A stretch of 63,209 nt of DNA, the filler included, from Octopus bimaculoides (taxonomy: Eukaryota): assembly GCF_001194135.2 (NCBI RefSeq). It is 5 parts of 5 records of this genome, joined end to end, with 100 filler letters (N's around TTAATTAATTAA, not from the genome) between each part and the next. Parts side by side here need not be neighbours in the genome. Positions count along the whole stretch, not along the records: positions 35,583 to 55,025 come from NC_068986.1; 4 more parts are not named here. One strand, given 5' to 3'. Of the stretch, positions 37,330-48,932 are shown one piece after another; position 1 is the stretch's first letter, and every line of letters starts with the position of its first letter. Under the pieces are notes generated by a model that searched no databases, was not told the origin of the DNA, and was given only the letters and a program-made list of their open reading frames with translations. Both the position numbers and the translations under genes were made by a program.

Positions 37330-39975
37330 CAGTGTCTACCTACCTATCTCTCTGTCTACGTCTGTCTATCTATCTCTCTGTCTACGTCTGTCTATCTCTC
37401 TCTCTGTCTACGTCTGTCTATCTCTCTCTCTGTCTACGTCTGTCTATCTCTCTCTCTGTCTACGTCTGTCTATCTCTCTNNNNNNNNNNNNNNNNNNNNN
37501 NNNNNNNNNNNNNNNNNNNNNNNNNNNNNNNNNNNNNNNNNNNNNNNNNNNNNNNNNNNNNNNNNNNNNNNNNNNNNNNNNNNNNNNNNNNNNNNNNNNN
37601 NNNNNNNNNNNNNNNNNNNNNNNNNNNNNNNNNNNNNNNNNNNNNNNNNNNNNNNNNNNNNNNNNNNNNNNNNNNNNNNNNNNNNNNNNNNNNNNNNNNN
37701 NNNNNNNNNNNNNNNNNNNNNNNNNNNNNNNNNNNNNNNNNNNNNNNNNNNNNNNNNNNNNNNNNNNNNNNNNNNNNNNNNNNNNNNNNNNNNNNNNNNN
37801 NNNNNNNNNNNNNNNNNNNNNNNNNNNNNNNNNNNNNNNNNNNNNNNNNNNNNNNNNNNNNNNNNNNNNNNNNNNNNNNNNNNNNNNNNNNNNNNNNNNN
37901 NNNNNNNNNNNNNNNNNNNNNNNNNNNNNNNNNNNNNNNNNNNNNNNNNNNNNNNNNNNNNNNNNNNNNNNNNNNNNNNNNNNNNNNNNNNNNNNNNNNN
38001 NNNNNNNNNNNNNNNNNNNNNNNNNNNNNNNNNNNNNNNNNNNNNNNNNNNNNNNNNNNNNNNNNNNNNNNNNNNNNNNNNNNNNNNNNNNNNNNNNNNN
38101 NNNNNNNNNNNNNNNNNNNNNNNNNNNNNNNNNNNNNNNNNNNNNNNNNNNNNNNNNNNNNNNNNNNNNNNNNNNNNNNNNNNNNNNNNNNNNNNNNNNN
38201 NNNNNNNNNNNNNNNNNNNNNNNNNNNNNNNNNNNNNNNNNNNNNNNNNNNNNNNNNNNNNNNNNNNNNNNNNNNNNNNNNNNNNNNNNNNNNNNNNNNN
38301 NNNNNNNNNNNNNNNNNNNNNNNNNNNNNNNNNNNNNNNNNNNNNNNNNNNNNNNNNNNNNNNNNNNNNNNNNNNNNNNNNNNNNNNNNNNNNNNNNNNN
38401 NNNNNNNNNNNNNNNNNNNNNNNNNNNNNNNNNNNNNNNNNNNNNNNNNNNNNNNNNNNNNNNNNNNNNNTCTGTCTGTCTATGTCTGTCTGTCTGTCTA
38501 TGTCTGTCTGTCTGTCTATGTGTGTCTGTCTGTCTATGTCTGTCTGTCTGTCTGTCTGTCTATGTCTGTCTGTCTGTCTATGTCTGTCTGTCTGTCTATG
38601 TCTGTCTGTCTGTCTGTCTGTCTATGTCTGTCTGTCTATGTCTGTCTGTCTATGTCTGTCTGTGTCTGTCTATGTCTGTCTGTGTCTATGTCTGTCTGTC
38701 TATGTCTGTCTGTCTGTCTATGTCTGTCTGTCTATCTGTCTATGTCTGTCTGTCTGTCTGTCTATGTCTGTCTGTCTGTCTATGTCTGTCTATGTCTGTC
38801 TGTCTGTCTGTCTATGTCTGTCTGTCTATCTGTCTATGTCTGTCTGTCTATCTGTCTGTCTGTCTGTCTATCTGTCTATGTCTGTCTGTCTATCTGTCTG
38901 TCTGTCTATCTGTCTGTCTGTCTATCTGTCTATGTCTGTCTATGTCTGTCTATCTGTCTGTCTGTCTATCTGTCTATGTCTGTCTGTCTGTCTATCTGTC
39001 TATGTCTGTCTATCTGTCTATCTGTCTGTCTGTCTATCTGTCTGTCTGTCTGTCTATCTGTCTATGTCTGTCTGTCTATCTGTCTATGTCTGTCTGTCTA
39101 TCTGTCTATGTCTGTCTGTCTATCTGTCTATGTCTGTCTGTCTATCTGTCTATGTCTGTCTGTCTATCTGTCTATGTCTGTCTGTCTATCTGTCTATGTC
39201 TGTCTGTCTATCTGTCTATGTCTGTCTGTCTGTCTGTCTGTCTATGTCTGTCTGTCTGTCTGTCTATGTTTGTCTGTCTGTCTGTCTGTCTATGTCTGTC
39301 TGTCTCTGTCTCTCTGTCTATGTCTGTCTATGTCTGTCTATGTCTGTCTGTCTGTCTGTCTATGTCTGTCTGTCTGTCTGTCTATGTCTGTCTGTCTGTC
39401 TATGTCTGTCTGTCTGTCTATGTCTGTCTGTCTGTCTATGTNNNNNNNNNNNNNNNNNNNNNNNNNNNNNNNNNNNNNNNNNNNNNNNNNNNNNNNNNNN
39501 NNNNNNNNNNNNNNNNNNNNNNNNNNNNNNNNNNNNNNNNNNNNNNNNNNNNNNNNNNNNNNNNNNNNNNNNNNNNNNNNNNNNNNNNNNNNNNNNNNNN
39601 NNNNNNNNNNNNNNNNNNNNNNNNNNNNNNNNNNNNNNNNNNNNNNNNNNNNNNNNNNNNNNNNNNNNNNNNNNNNNNNNNNNNNNNNNNNNNNNNNNNN
39701 NNNNNNNNNNNNNNNNNNNNNNNNNNNNNNNNNNNNNNNNNNNNNNNNNNNNNNNNNNNNNNNNNNNNNNNNNNNNNNNNNNNNNNNNNNNNNNNNNNNN
39801 NNNNNNNNNNNNNNNNNNNNNNNNNNNNNNNNNNNNNNNNNNNNNNNNNNNNNNNNNNNNNNNNNNNNNNNNNNNNNNNNNNNNNNNNNNNNNNNNNNNN
39901 NTGTCTCTCTCTCTATGTCTGTCTGTCTGTCTGTCTCTCTCTCTATGTCTGTCTGTCTGTCTGTCTCTCTCTCTA

Positions 39976-40008
<33 letters not shown>

Positions 40009-40085
40009 ATGTCTGTCTGTCTGTCTCTCTCTCTATGTCTGTCTGTCTGTCTGTCTGTCTCTCTGTCTGTCTGTCTGTCTATCTG
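37330..40085. repeat. Complex (TCTG/TCTA/TATG)n tetranucleotide satellite with higher-order units, interrupted by gaps
   Basis: Units such as TCTCTCTGTCTACGTCTGTCTATC and TCTGTCTGTCTATG; the 927-, 554- and 522-aa ORFs are SVCL artefacts. Confidence 0.95.
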
Positions 40086-40625
40086 TATAAAAGATGGGCT
40101 GGTTGTATCCAATGATACAAATTACATATTGTATAGTATACAGTAAATAATGCGGTCTTGTTGGTGATGGCGTTGTTGTTGGTAGTGGCGGTGATGATGA
40201 TGATGATGTTGATGATGACTACAGTACTGCTCTGTAACTATATATCGAATAACCAGTTTCGATTCCCAGTTGGTCTAGTGTCAACCTTTTATGTGCCTTG
40301 GGGAAATGTCATGCAATTACAAAACGATAACCCGCGAATTGAGCGTGCAACGCAATTAACTCTCTCCCCCACCCCGACTATCGTCACCGGACGAACGGAG
40401 TGGGAGAGTAACCGGGGTATCACTCGCTTAATCGACTTCTGCAGACATGGATGACTGTGCCGTTAAGAAATCCGTTTCGCAACACTGTAGTTTTTAGTTC
40501 GATCTCAGTGAGCGGCACCTTGAGCAAATATCTTCTCCAGTCACCCGAAGATCCAGCGAAGCTTTGCGGGTAAAATTTGGAACACAGAATGTGGAAGAAT
40601 GTCAGAATGACCAAGTCCAATTGCT

Positions 40626-40760
40626 GGGTAGTAGTAATAGTAGTAGTAGTAGTAGTAGTAGTAGTAGGCTCCATCCTCCGCTCGATTTTAACACCACCAG
40701 ACCTTTGGTGCCGCTTGTGCAGTACAAGTGTTCAAGCTAGAACTTTGCTCTGAAGACACC
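40626..40760 (-). mobile_element. Possible LINE (RTE-like) 3' end with (CTA)n tail
   Basis: Minus strand ...GCACAAGCGGCACCAAAGG...AAAATCGAGCGGAGGATGGAGCC followed by (TAC)n; weak peptide echo FRAKF*LEHLYC. Confidence 0.35.
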
Positions 40761-40810
40761 GTTTCCGTCTTCCTGCAGGTCTTGGAGAGCAATGACCTTA
40801 TCTTTCACTA

Positions 40811-41145
40811 AGACTTGTTTCAATTATAAGACTGTGGCCATACTGGAGTAGCGCCTTAGAGGGTTCAGTCAAACAAAACGACCCCAGTACTTATCTTTTT
40901 ACTGTCTACTACTTATTCTAAGGGTTTCTTTTGCCGAACCGCTAAGTTACAGTGACGTAAATAAACCTGCAACGTTTATCAAGCGGTGGTGGGAGCGGAG
41001 GCGCAAATACAGACACATATACACATATGATGGACTTCCTCGCTGTTTCCGCCGACCGAATTCACTCACAAGGGCTATAATAGAAGACTCTTGCTCAAGG
41101 CGCCAGTGAACCAGAAACACCTGGTTTGCAAAGCGAGCTTCTCTG
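40811..41145 (-). mobile_element. SINE family C, near full length
   Basis: ACTTGTTTCA...GACTGTGGCCATACTGGAG...TTTTGCCGAACCGCTAAGTTAC...AGAAGACTCTTGCTCAAGGCGCC. Confidence 0.8.
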
Positions 41146-41736
41146 AAAAGGGAAGGGTGTTCAGATTTTGATATGGGGATAAGGAGGGGTGTTGTGCGCT
41201 GAACGGTAATCCATGAGGTCACAGGCGGACAGGAGTTCCGGAAGTAGAATCGTTTATAGAGGCAACCAGGGCGCGAAACCGATTCACAAGAAACATTAAT
41301 TCCATGTCCTGTCTTCACTATATTCCACAATATGTTTGTGTGTGTCAGTGTGTCTGCTACATTCATACACACGTATACACACACATGTAGATATACATAT
41401 ATGTGCACGCGCACACACAAACACACACAGGATAGGTGTGTGTACAGATTATATATGTACGTGTGTATACAGTTAATGTTTTATGTATGTGTGCGTGCGC
41501 GCGATTATATCTATATACACACACACACACACACGCGCACACGCAAATGTACATATAAATACTTATAAACGCTCACACATACATACACAGAGGGGGAAAC
41601 GCCAACGTACACACACACACACTGAGTGTAATATGTCAAAAATAAGAATCTTTTAAACAACGATATGCTCGAGTGCTGTCAGTTATGCTTTGTTGATGAC
41701 AGCTGTAGTAGTAGTAGCCGTAGTAGTAGCAGCAGC

Positions 41737-41789
<53 letters not shown>

Positions 41790-42649
41790 CAGCAGCAGCA
41801 GCGCCGCGGCGGCGGCATTATAACAGCAGCAGTAGCCGAAGCAGTATATATAATAAATAAGGCCAGTTAATAAATACATAGCGGGCGGTGAATTCCTCCT
41901 CATTTCAAAANNNNNNNNNNNNNNNNNNNNNNNNNNNNNNNNNNNNNNNNNNNNNNNNNNNNNNNNNNNNNNNNNNNNNNNNNNNNNNNNNNNNNNNNNN
42001 NNNNNNNNNNNNNNNNNNNNNNNNNNNNNNNNNNNNNNNNNNNNNNNNNNNNNNNNNNNNNNNNNNNNNNNNNNNNNNNNNNNNNNNNNNNNNNNNNNNN
42101 NNNNNNNNNNNNNNNNNNNNNNNNNNNNNNNNNNNNNNNNNNNNNNNNNNNNNNNNNNNNNNNNNNNNNNNNNNNNNNNNNNNNNNNNNNNNNNNNNNNN
42201 NNNNNNNNNNNNNNNNNNNNNNNNNNNNNNNNNNNNNNNNNNNNNNNNNNNNNNNNNNNNNNNNNNNNNNNNNNNNNNNNNNNNNNNNNNNNNNNNNNNN
42301 NNNNNNNNNNNNNNNNNNNNNNNNNNNNNNNNNNNNNNNNNNNNNNNNNNNNNNNNNNNNNNNNNNNNNNNNNNNNNNNNNNNNNNNNNNNNNNNNNNNN
42401 NNNNNNNNNNNNNNNNNNNNNNNNNNNNNNNNNNNNNNNNNNNNNNNNNNNNNNNNNNNNNNNNNNNNNNNNNNNNNNNNNNNNNNNNNNNNNNNNNNNN
42501 NNNNNNNNNNNNNNNNNNNNNNNNNNNNNNNNNNNNNNNNNNNNNNNNNNNNNNNNNNNNNNNNNNNNNNNNNNNNNNNNNNNNNNNNNNNNNNNNNNNN
42601 NNNNNNNNNNNNNNNNNNNNNNNNNNNNNNNNNNNNNNNNNNNNNNNNN

Positions 42650-42687
<38 letters not shown>

Positions 42688-42709
42688 CAAATAATATGTG
42701 AGCATATGC

Positions 42710-44680
42710 ATATATACGTACATGTATGTACATACCTACATCTACATGTATATATAGATGCATATCTGGGTACAGGACGTTACAAAAAACGTAGACAAGA
42801 TGAGAAACAGAACATAGAGCACAGAAAACACACAGGCCACATAGAGAAGATTTCCTTCATCAGCTATATATGTATGTATATATATATATATATGTGTATA
42901 TATATATATATATATCACGCGCACACGGAAACACATACAGACACACACACACCCGTACCTAACACTCACAATCCCACACACACACACGCACATCCACACA
43001 TATACACATACACGCACACACCCACATACACACACTTCTCACCAACACTACACACTCACACAGACACGCATACAATCATACACACTTGGGCATAAACAAC
43101 ACACGCATATACAATAGCACGCGCACACACGTACACAGCAACGCACATACACACAACATACACATACACACAAACACACACGCACGCACAGAAAACATAC
43201 ACACNNNNNNNNNNNNNNNNNNNNNNNNNNNNNNNNNNNNNNNNNNNNNNNNNNNNNNNNNNNNNNNNNNNNNNNNNNNNNNNNNNNNNNNNNNNNNNNN
43301 NNNNNNNNNNNNNNNNNNNNNNNNNNNNNNNNNNNNNNNNNNNNNNNNNNNNNNNNNNNNNNNNNNNNNNNNNNNNNNNNNNNNNNNNNNNNNNNNNNNN
43401 NNNNNNNNNNNNNNNNNNNNNNNNNNNNNNNNNNNNNNNNNNNNNNNNNNNNNNNNNNNNNNNNNNNNNNNNNNNNNNNNNNNNNNNNNNNNNNNNNNNN
43501 NNNNNNNNNNNNNNNNNNNNNNNNNNNTACATACGCACACACACGTTCTGTTATCACACACACACTCGCAGACTTTCGCAAACGCACAGATTCATCTCCC
43601 TTTTTCACTCTCCTATCTTAGAAAGAACTTTTCCCCCACCACCTCCTCTTCCGGTCTTTTCATCATGTAACCTCGTGGGCATCGGTACCATTTTCCTCTT
43701 TCTCCGTTCTTCCATTCTCCGAACTTTCCATCTTTCCGACGAAGGGCTACGCCCGAAACGTCATACACTCTCTCTTTCCTTTCCTGAGCGTCCAATAATA
43801 CTATCCATATCACGTCCTCGCTTTGTTGTTTTTTTGTTTTTTTGTTATTGTTTTTTTGAACTATATATATATATATATATACATTACATACACACATTCA
43901 CATATGGAGGCATAAACACATACATACGCTTATTTATTCAAAACTGTTAAGAACCTATGGCAGATTTAAAGTAGTAAAAATAATTCAGGTTTTTTTAATT
44001 CTTCGCTCTGAAAGTTTGAACGGATGTACATACAGGTTATTGCTATGTTTTAACTATACATACATACATACATATATAAAGATGGATGTATTGGATGGGT
44101 AGATGGATACATACATGCAAGCAGAAAGACACGCACGTGCAGATCTACTTGGACACACATATTACATATGTACATACGCACATACAGAACGTACAAATAT
44201 ACACGCATGTACATATATCGACTGGAGATTGCGAAACGGTAACTGGTCCAGAGAGATGAGTGCGTACGTGTGTGAATAGATTCATAAGCGCTCGATAATA
44301 TGATAGATTATCTTAAGCTTTCTTTCTACCATCCTCTCCTTCCCCACCCCTCCACACATTACCAAACACCTTGAAAAATCAATTATATTTTGGTATGTTT
44401 TTGTCATCAGCCATAGTGTGTGCGCGCGCCTATACGTGTGTGGGGTTATCTATGCATATATATATAATACAAAGAATGAGTATATGCGTATATACGTACA
44501 TGTACATACCTACGTCTACATGTATATGTATATATAGATGCATATCTGGGTACAGGACGTAGCAAAAAAACGTGGACAAAATGATAAACGGAGTAGAGAA
44601 AACACACAGGCCACATAGAGAACATTTCCTTTATCAGCTGCCACCATTCTAAAATTAAGCGTTTCGAAGAGTTTATATAT
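42710..44680 (+). repeat. Two copies of a repeat of about 160 bp (42710-42866 and 44490-44645)
   Basis: Both carry ATAGATGCATATCTGGGTACAGGACGT...GAAAACACACAGGCCACATAGAGAA.ATTTCCTT.ATCAGCT. Confidence 0.8.
43667..43860 (+). mobile_element. Penelope pseudo-LTR-like repeat containing a minimal hammerhead motif (43732-43766)
   Basis: TAACCTCGTGGGCATCGGT...CCGACGA A GGGC TAC GCCC GAAAC GTC...TTCCTTTCCTGAGCGTC; homolog of 13558-13745. Confidence 0.75.
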
Positions 44681-44704
44681 ATATATATAAATATATATAT
44701 ATAT

Positions 44705-44915
44705 CCCTTTAGTACTTAAAATGGCCAGAGCTCGCCCAAATATTCTATGTTCAAACTGGCTGCAACTGGCCTCTTATACCTACCCTACAATGTCATTCCA
44801 AAAATCTGTCATCACATTCATTGAAATCTTAAAGCTACAAGATAATACATGATTAATTCAAACTAATGTGACTACATAAACATTACGTTTGACAAAGTAA
44901 TCTGAATACTAAAGG
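44705..44915. mobile_element. piggyBac-like MITE (CCC terminus); second decayed copy inverted at 50755-50970
   Basis: Termini CCCTTTAGTA and TACTAAAGG; body AAGCTACAAGATAATACATGATTAATTCAAA is the reverse complement of TTTGAATTAACCATGCATC...TCTTGTAG near 50810. The flanks are ATAT rather than TTAA. Confidence 0.55.
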
Positions 44916-45045
44916 ATATGTATTATGTATGCATTCTAAAGCAAACAATAAAAAATAGAACTCAAAATATGAGTATATTTTTATTAATATTTAACGGAAG
45001 CAACAGAGTTTCGTGCATTGGTACTTATACACATATCTGTATGTT

Positions 45046-45242
45046 CGAGGGATGGTGAAAAATTTCTGGATTTGGGTAAAAGAAAATACAGGAGGGTCAG
45101 TTAATTATGATTTCATCTAGTATATTCTCCTCTCGGATTCACATACTTACTGCAGCTGTCCTGTAAAAGAAATCGGAAGTTTGGCCCTTCAAAAGGGCCT
45201 TTCGCGATACTCTTAAAGACAGGAACTTTTCAGCACCCCTAG
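45046..45242. mobile_element. Tc1/mariner-type MITE
   Basis: Imperfect TIRs CGAGGGATGGTGAAAATTTCTGGATTT and AAAGACAGGAACTTTTCAGCACCCCTAG; CGAGGG termini are typical of mariner; second copy at 4690-4768. Confidence 0.7.
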
Positions 45243-45246
45243 TGTC

Positions 45247-45284
<38 letters not shown>

Positions 45285-45287
45285 CAC

Positions 45288-45321
<34 letters not shown>

Positions 45322-45440
45322 ATATATATATATGTATATATATATATAAGAGAGAGAGAAATAATTATGATTCAGTTGAATTAGGTACTTAAGATGAGGC
45401 ACCAAGTCAGCCCGGTATTATCCGCACAGCTCGAAGTATA

Positions 45441-45483
<43 letters not shown>

Positions 45484-45934
45484 AGACATATACACACGCA
45501 CACACGTGTGTGTAGGCATATACATATGTATATATAATATGTATGTACATGCATTACTCTTTTAATGTACACTGATGAATGTATAACCCATATCTTTCGG
45601 CATATTAGGACGAAAATCGAAACAACTGTTTTTTGTCTTGTTCAGCAGGATTCGTTCATTTGGACGAAACTATTCCATTCTCCTTTTGGCACAGGCTGCG
45701 CAGGCAAGGCCCTTCGAGGGCCTCAACTCCATATTTCTAAATACATATAGATGAGTTTATCTCTAAAATCCTGAACAGCCAGACGTGTTCGTTTTTTTTT
45801 TTATGTCTGTGAAATTTTGTGTAATGCCAATAAAGTCACCAACTGTTCCTCCCAATTTAACTCGCGCGCCATATTTGGAATGTACTTTTCGTTCTATTGT
45901 ACACAAATTTCTGTTCCTTGNNNNNNNNNNCGCA

Positions 45935-46520
45935 TTCTGTCTACAAATACCATAAGTCTTGTTTCTCTCCTTTCATCTACAGATGCCAAAACTTCCATTC
46001 CTCCTCACTTCTATCTACAGATGTCTTAGCCTCCATGCCTCGCCTCCTATCTACAGATGTCATAACCCCTATTCCTCCTCTTTTATCTACAGGTGTCTTG
46101 GTCCTTACTCCTCCCTGTCTATATATAGATACCTTAGTCCTTACTCCTCCCTTTCTATCTACAAATGTCCTTCCTAGCCCCTACTCTTCCCCTTAAATCT
46201 ACAGATGATATAGCTCACGTTCGCACCTTTCGTTTCCAGATGTCATACTCCTTGGACCTCCCTATCTATCTACAGATATAACTCCTGCCCCTCCACTTCT
46301 GTCTACAGATATCATAACCCCTGCTCTTCCCCTTCTATCCACAACTGTCAGAACCTTTTCTCCTTCCCTTCCCTTCCATCAACAGATGACCTAGCTTCAC
46401 CGCTGCTTATCCTATTCTATCAACAGATGTTATAACCCCTGCAACTTTCCTTCTATCGACAGATGTCGTAACTCACCTCCCCCCACCTTCATCTACAAGC
46501 CCTTTCTATCTACAGATGCT
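45935..46520. repeat. Degenerate minisatellite of about 36 bp with conserved TATCTACAGATG core
   Basis: Units such as CTCCTATCTACAGATGTCATAACCCCTATTCCTCCT and CTTTTATCTACAGGTGTCTTGGTCCTTACTCCTCCC; roughly 15 units. Confidence 0.85.
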
Positions 46521-46700
46521 ATAGTTGCTACTCGAGCACGCGCTTCTAGCTAAAAAATATCCGGTTTCAATCACGAGTCGAGGACAACACACACACACTC
46601 TATCAAAGGCACAGGCGCACATGCATAGACTGGCTCTCTATCTCTTTCCCTTTCTCGCTCACTCACACACATACACAGACTACCAAAGACACACACATGC

Positions 46701-46732
<32 letters not shown>

Positions 46733-47134
46733 CACACACTGTCCAAGTATCTTCAATGTTTCCTCCTTGGACTCAACAAGTTCTCTTAACTCTTCGCCAG
46801 TCTGTCTGTGTACGCTCGCCAGTCCTTGTGTGCGTATGTGTACGTGTACTTGCATGTGGGTGTGACTGCCACTCTCTATCTGGCAGACAACATAACTGAA
46901 ATACTCACGGATACTCAATTTAATAAACACGCCGCGTGCATACAGCGTTTGATCCTTGACATCCGACTAGATAGGAAGTTATGTTAGTAGTTCTGTTGCC
47001 TGTGTAGTTTCCGATACGATAATACATTCCCGTATGGTTTATATAATATACACGGACATAAACACACACACAATTATATTATATATATTTTTTTGAAAGA
47101 TTAATGGAAAATACGTAGTATAACAAAATAAAAA

Positions 47135-47252
47135 ATTATTAGCACGACAATTGTTTCGGCTTCAAGTTGCGCTGCTCTCTAGTGGGTGTGGAACGATGTA
47201 ATAACACAAGATGCAACGCACAGTGCAAAAGAGCCTCTTCAGGTGGAATAAT
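47135..47252 (-). ncRNA. Type-I hammerhead ribozyme with 70-nt structured insert in stem II
   Basis: Minus strand: AUUAUU c CAC CUGAAGA GGCU [70 nt] AGCC GAAAC AAUU GUC GUG cu AAUAAU. Canonical core, stem I of 3 bp, a 1x2 internal loop and 6 bp, palindromic stem III ACAAUUGU. Confidence 0.8.
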
Positions 47253-47267
47253 AATATATGCTTATGA

Positions 47268-47778
47268 AAGCGGCGAGCTGGCAGAAACATTAGCACGCCG
47301 GGCGAAATGCTTAGTGGTATTTCGTCTGCCGCTACGTTTTGAGTTCTTGAGAAAGAACATAACTTTTCTGTGCATATACACAGAAAAGATATGTTCTTTC
47401 TCAAAAGCTATGTTCTGAGTTCCAATTCCGCCGAGGTCGACTTTGCCTTTCATCCTTTCGGGGGGGTCGATTAAATAAGTACCAGTTGCGCACTGGGGTC
47501 GATATAATCTACTTAATCCGTTTGTCTGTCCTTGTGTGTCCCCTCTGTGTGTAGCCCCTTGTGGGCAATAAAGAAATAAGAAACGTTAGCACACCGGACG
47601 AAATGCTTAGTAGTATTTCGTCTGTCTTTACGTTCTGAATTCAAATTTCGCCGAGGTCGACTTTGCTTTTCATCCTTTCGGGGTCGATATATTAAGTACC
47701 AGTTGCGTACTGCGGTCGATTTAATTGACTGGCCTCCTCCTCTAAAATTTCCGGCCTTGTGCCTAGAGTAGAAAAGAA
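47268..47778 (+). mobile_element. SINE family A dimer with a hairpin insertion in the first monomer
   Basis: AAGCGGCGAGCTGGCAGAAAC head; junction AAAGAAATAAGAAACGTTAGCAC as at 2366; palindrome 47347-47404. Confidence 0.9.
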
Positions 47779-47882
47779 GAATATTTGCTTATGAGTTGAG
47801 ATTTACATTTCGATTTCATTTCAGTGTAAATGGTGGTATTGAGAGATTGTAATAGTTCAGATATATGTATGTATAATATGTA

Positions 47883-47960
<78 letters not shown>

Positions 47961-48138
47961 GGTATGGAGTATAGCTTCAAGTCTAAAGATTTTAATTTTG
48001 TCACTGGACTGCAACCATACTGGAGCACAACCAAAGCTGTATTCGATCAAATGTACCTCAGAAGTTACTTTCTTAGTCTGGTACCTTATTATATCGTTCT
48101 CTCTCTCTCCTTTTCTCTCTTTCTCTCTTTCTTTCTCT

Positions 48139-48176
<38 letters not shown>

Positions 48177-48294
48177 TTAGGTGGGGGGCGTTGAATCTTT
48201 AAGTCACAGGGACATAAACAAGTTTGAGCTGTTAAGCGGCGAATGCAATACAAGCACACGTACACACGCACGAACACACACACACACACACATA

Positions 48295-48572
48295 TTTACA
48301 TGGGGCTTCTTGCAGTTTCCCCATCCCGTTTTTCTTCATAAGGAACACTGATCGGTTCGGGTCTATTAGTAGAACGTACATTAGCCGACAAAGGCGGATA
48401 CAGCTTGGCGCCAGTGATGTCGCAACTCATTTCTACAGCTGAATGAATTGGAGAAATGTGAAATAAAGCGTCTTGCTCAAGAACACAACGCACAGCCCGA
48501 TCCGGGAATCGAACTCACTACCTCATGATTGTGAGCCCGACTCTCTAAATACTGAGCCATGCACCTTCAATG
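48295..48572 (-). mobile_element. tRNA-derived CORE-like SINE (48370-48572) plus adjacent family C fragment
   Basis: Minus head TGAAGGTGCATGGCTCAGTATTTAGAGAG...GAGTTCGATTCCCGG (B box), then GTGTTCTTGAGCAAGACGCTTTATTTCAC. Confidence 0.8.
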
Positions 48573-48932
48573 TAATACACTGACACACACACATACACAC
48601 AATGGTTGTTTGTACTGTATTGTCATACACACAAGTCTGACGTAGGCACCTCCCTGGCCAGCTCTTGTCAAACCGTCCAATCCATGCCAGCATGGAAGGT
48701 GGACGTTAAACAACGACGATGATGATTATGATGACGACAATACCTGTTATGTATAATGTACCGTAACACACTCATGCGCGTACACACTAGTTGTTTCTGC
48801 CCTTGTGTAATGCAAGCACACACAGACAAGCACGCACTTCTGTTGTAATGTTATACACACGCACACACCTGTTACCTTTACCAAGCTGTAATATAGAACA
48901 CGTACGTACATACATACATACATACATACAAA

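Noticed and set aside
37332-40146. Longest ORFs (927, 554 and 522 aa) and all X-containing or CV/YI/HT-rich ORFs
   Set aside because: They are stop-free only because of microsatellites and N gaps.
45935-46520. CRISPR-like appearance of conserved core plus variable spacers
   Set aside because: The context is eukaryotic, the core is only about 12 bp and degenerate, the spacers are mutually homologous, and there are no cas genes.
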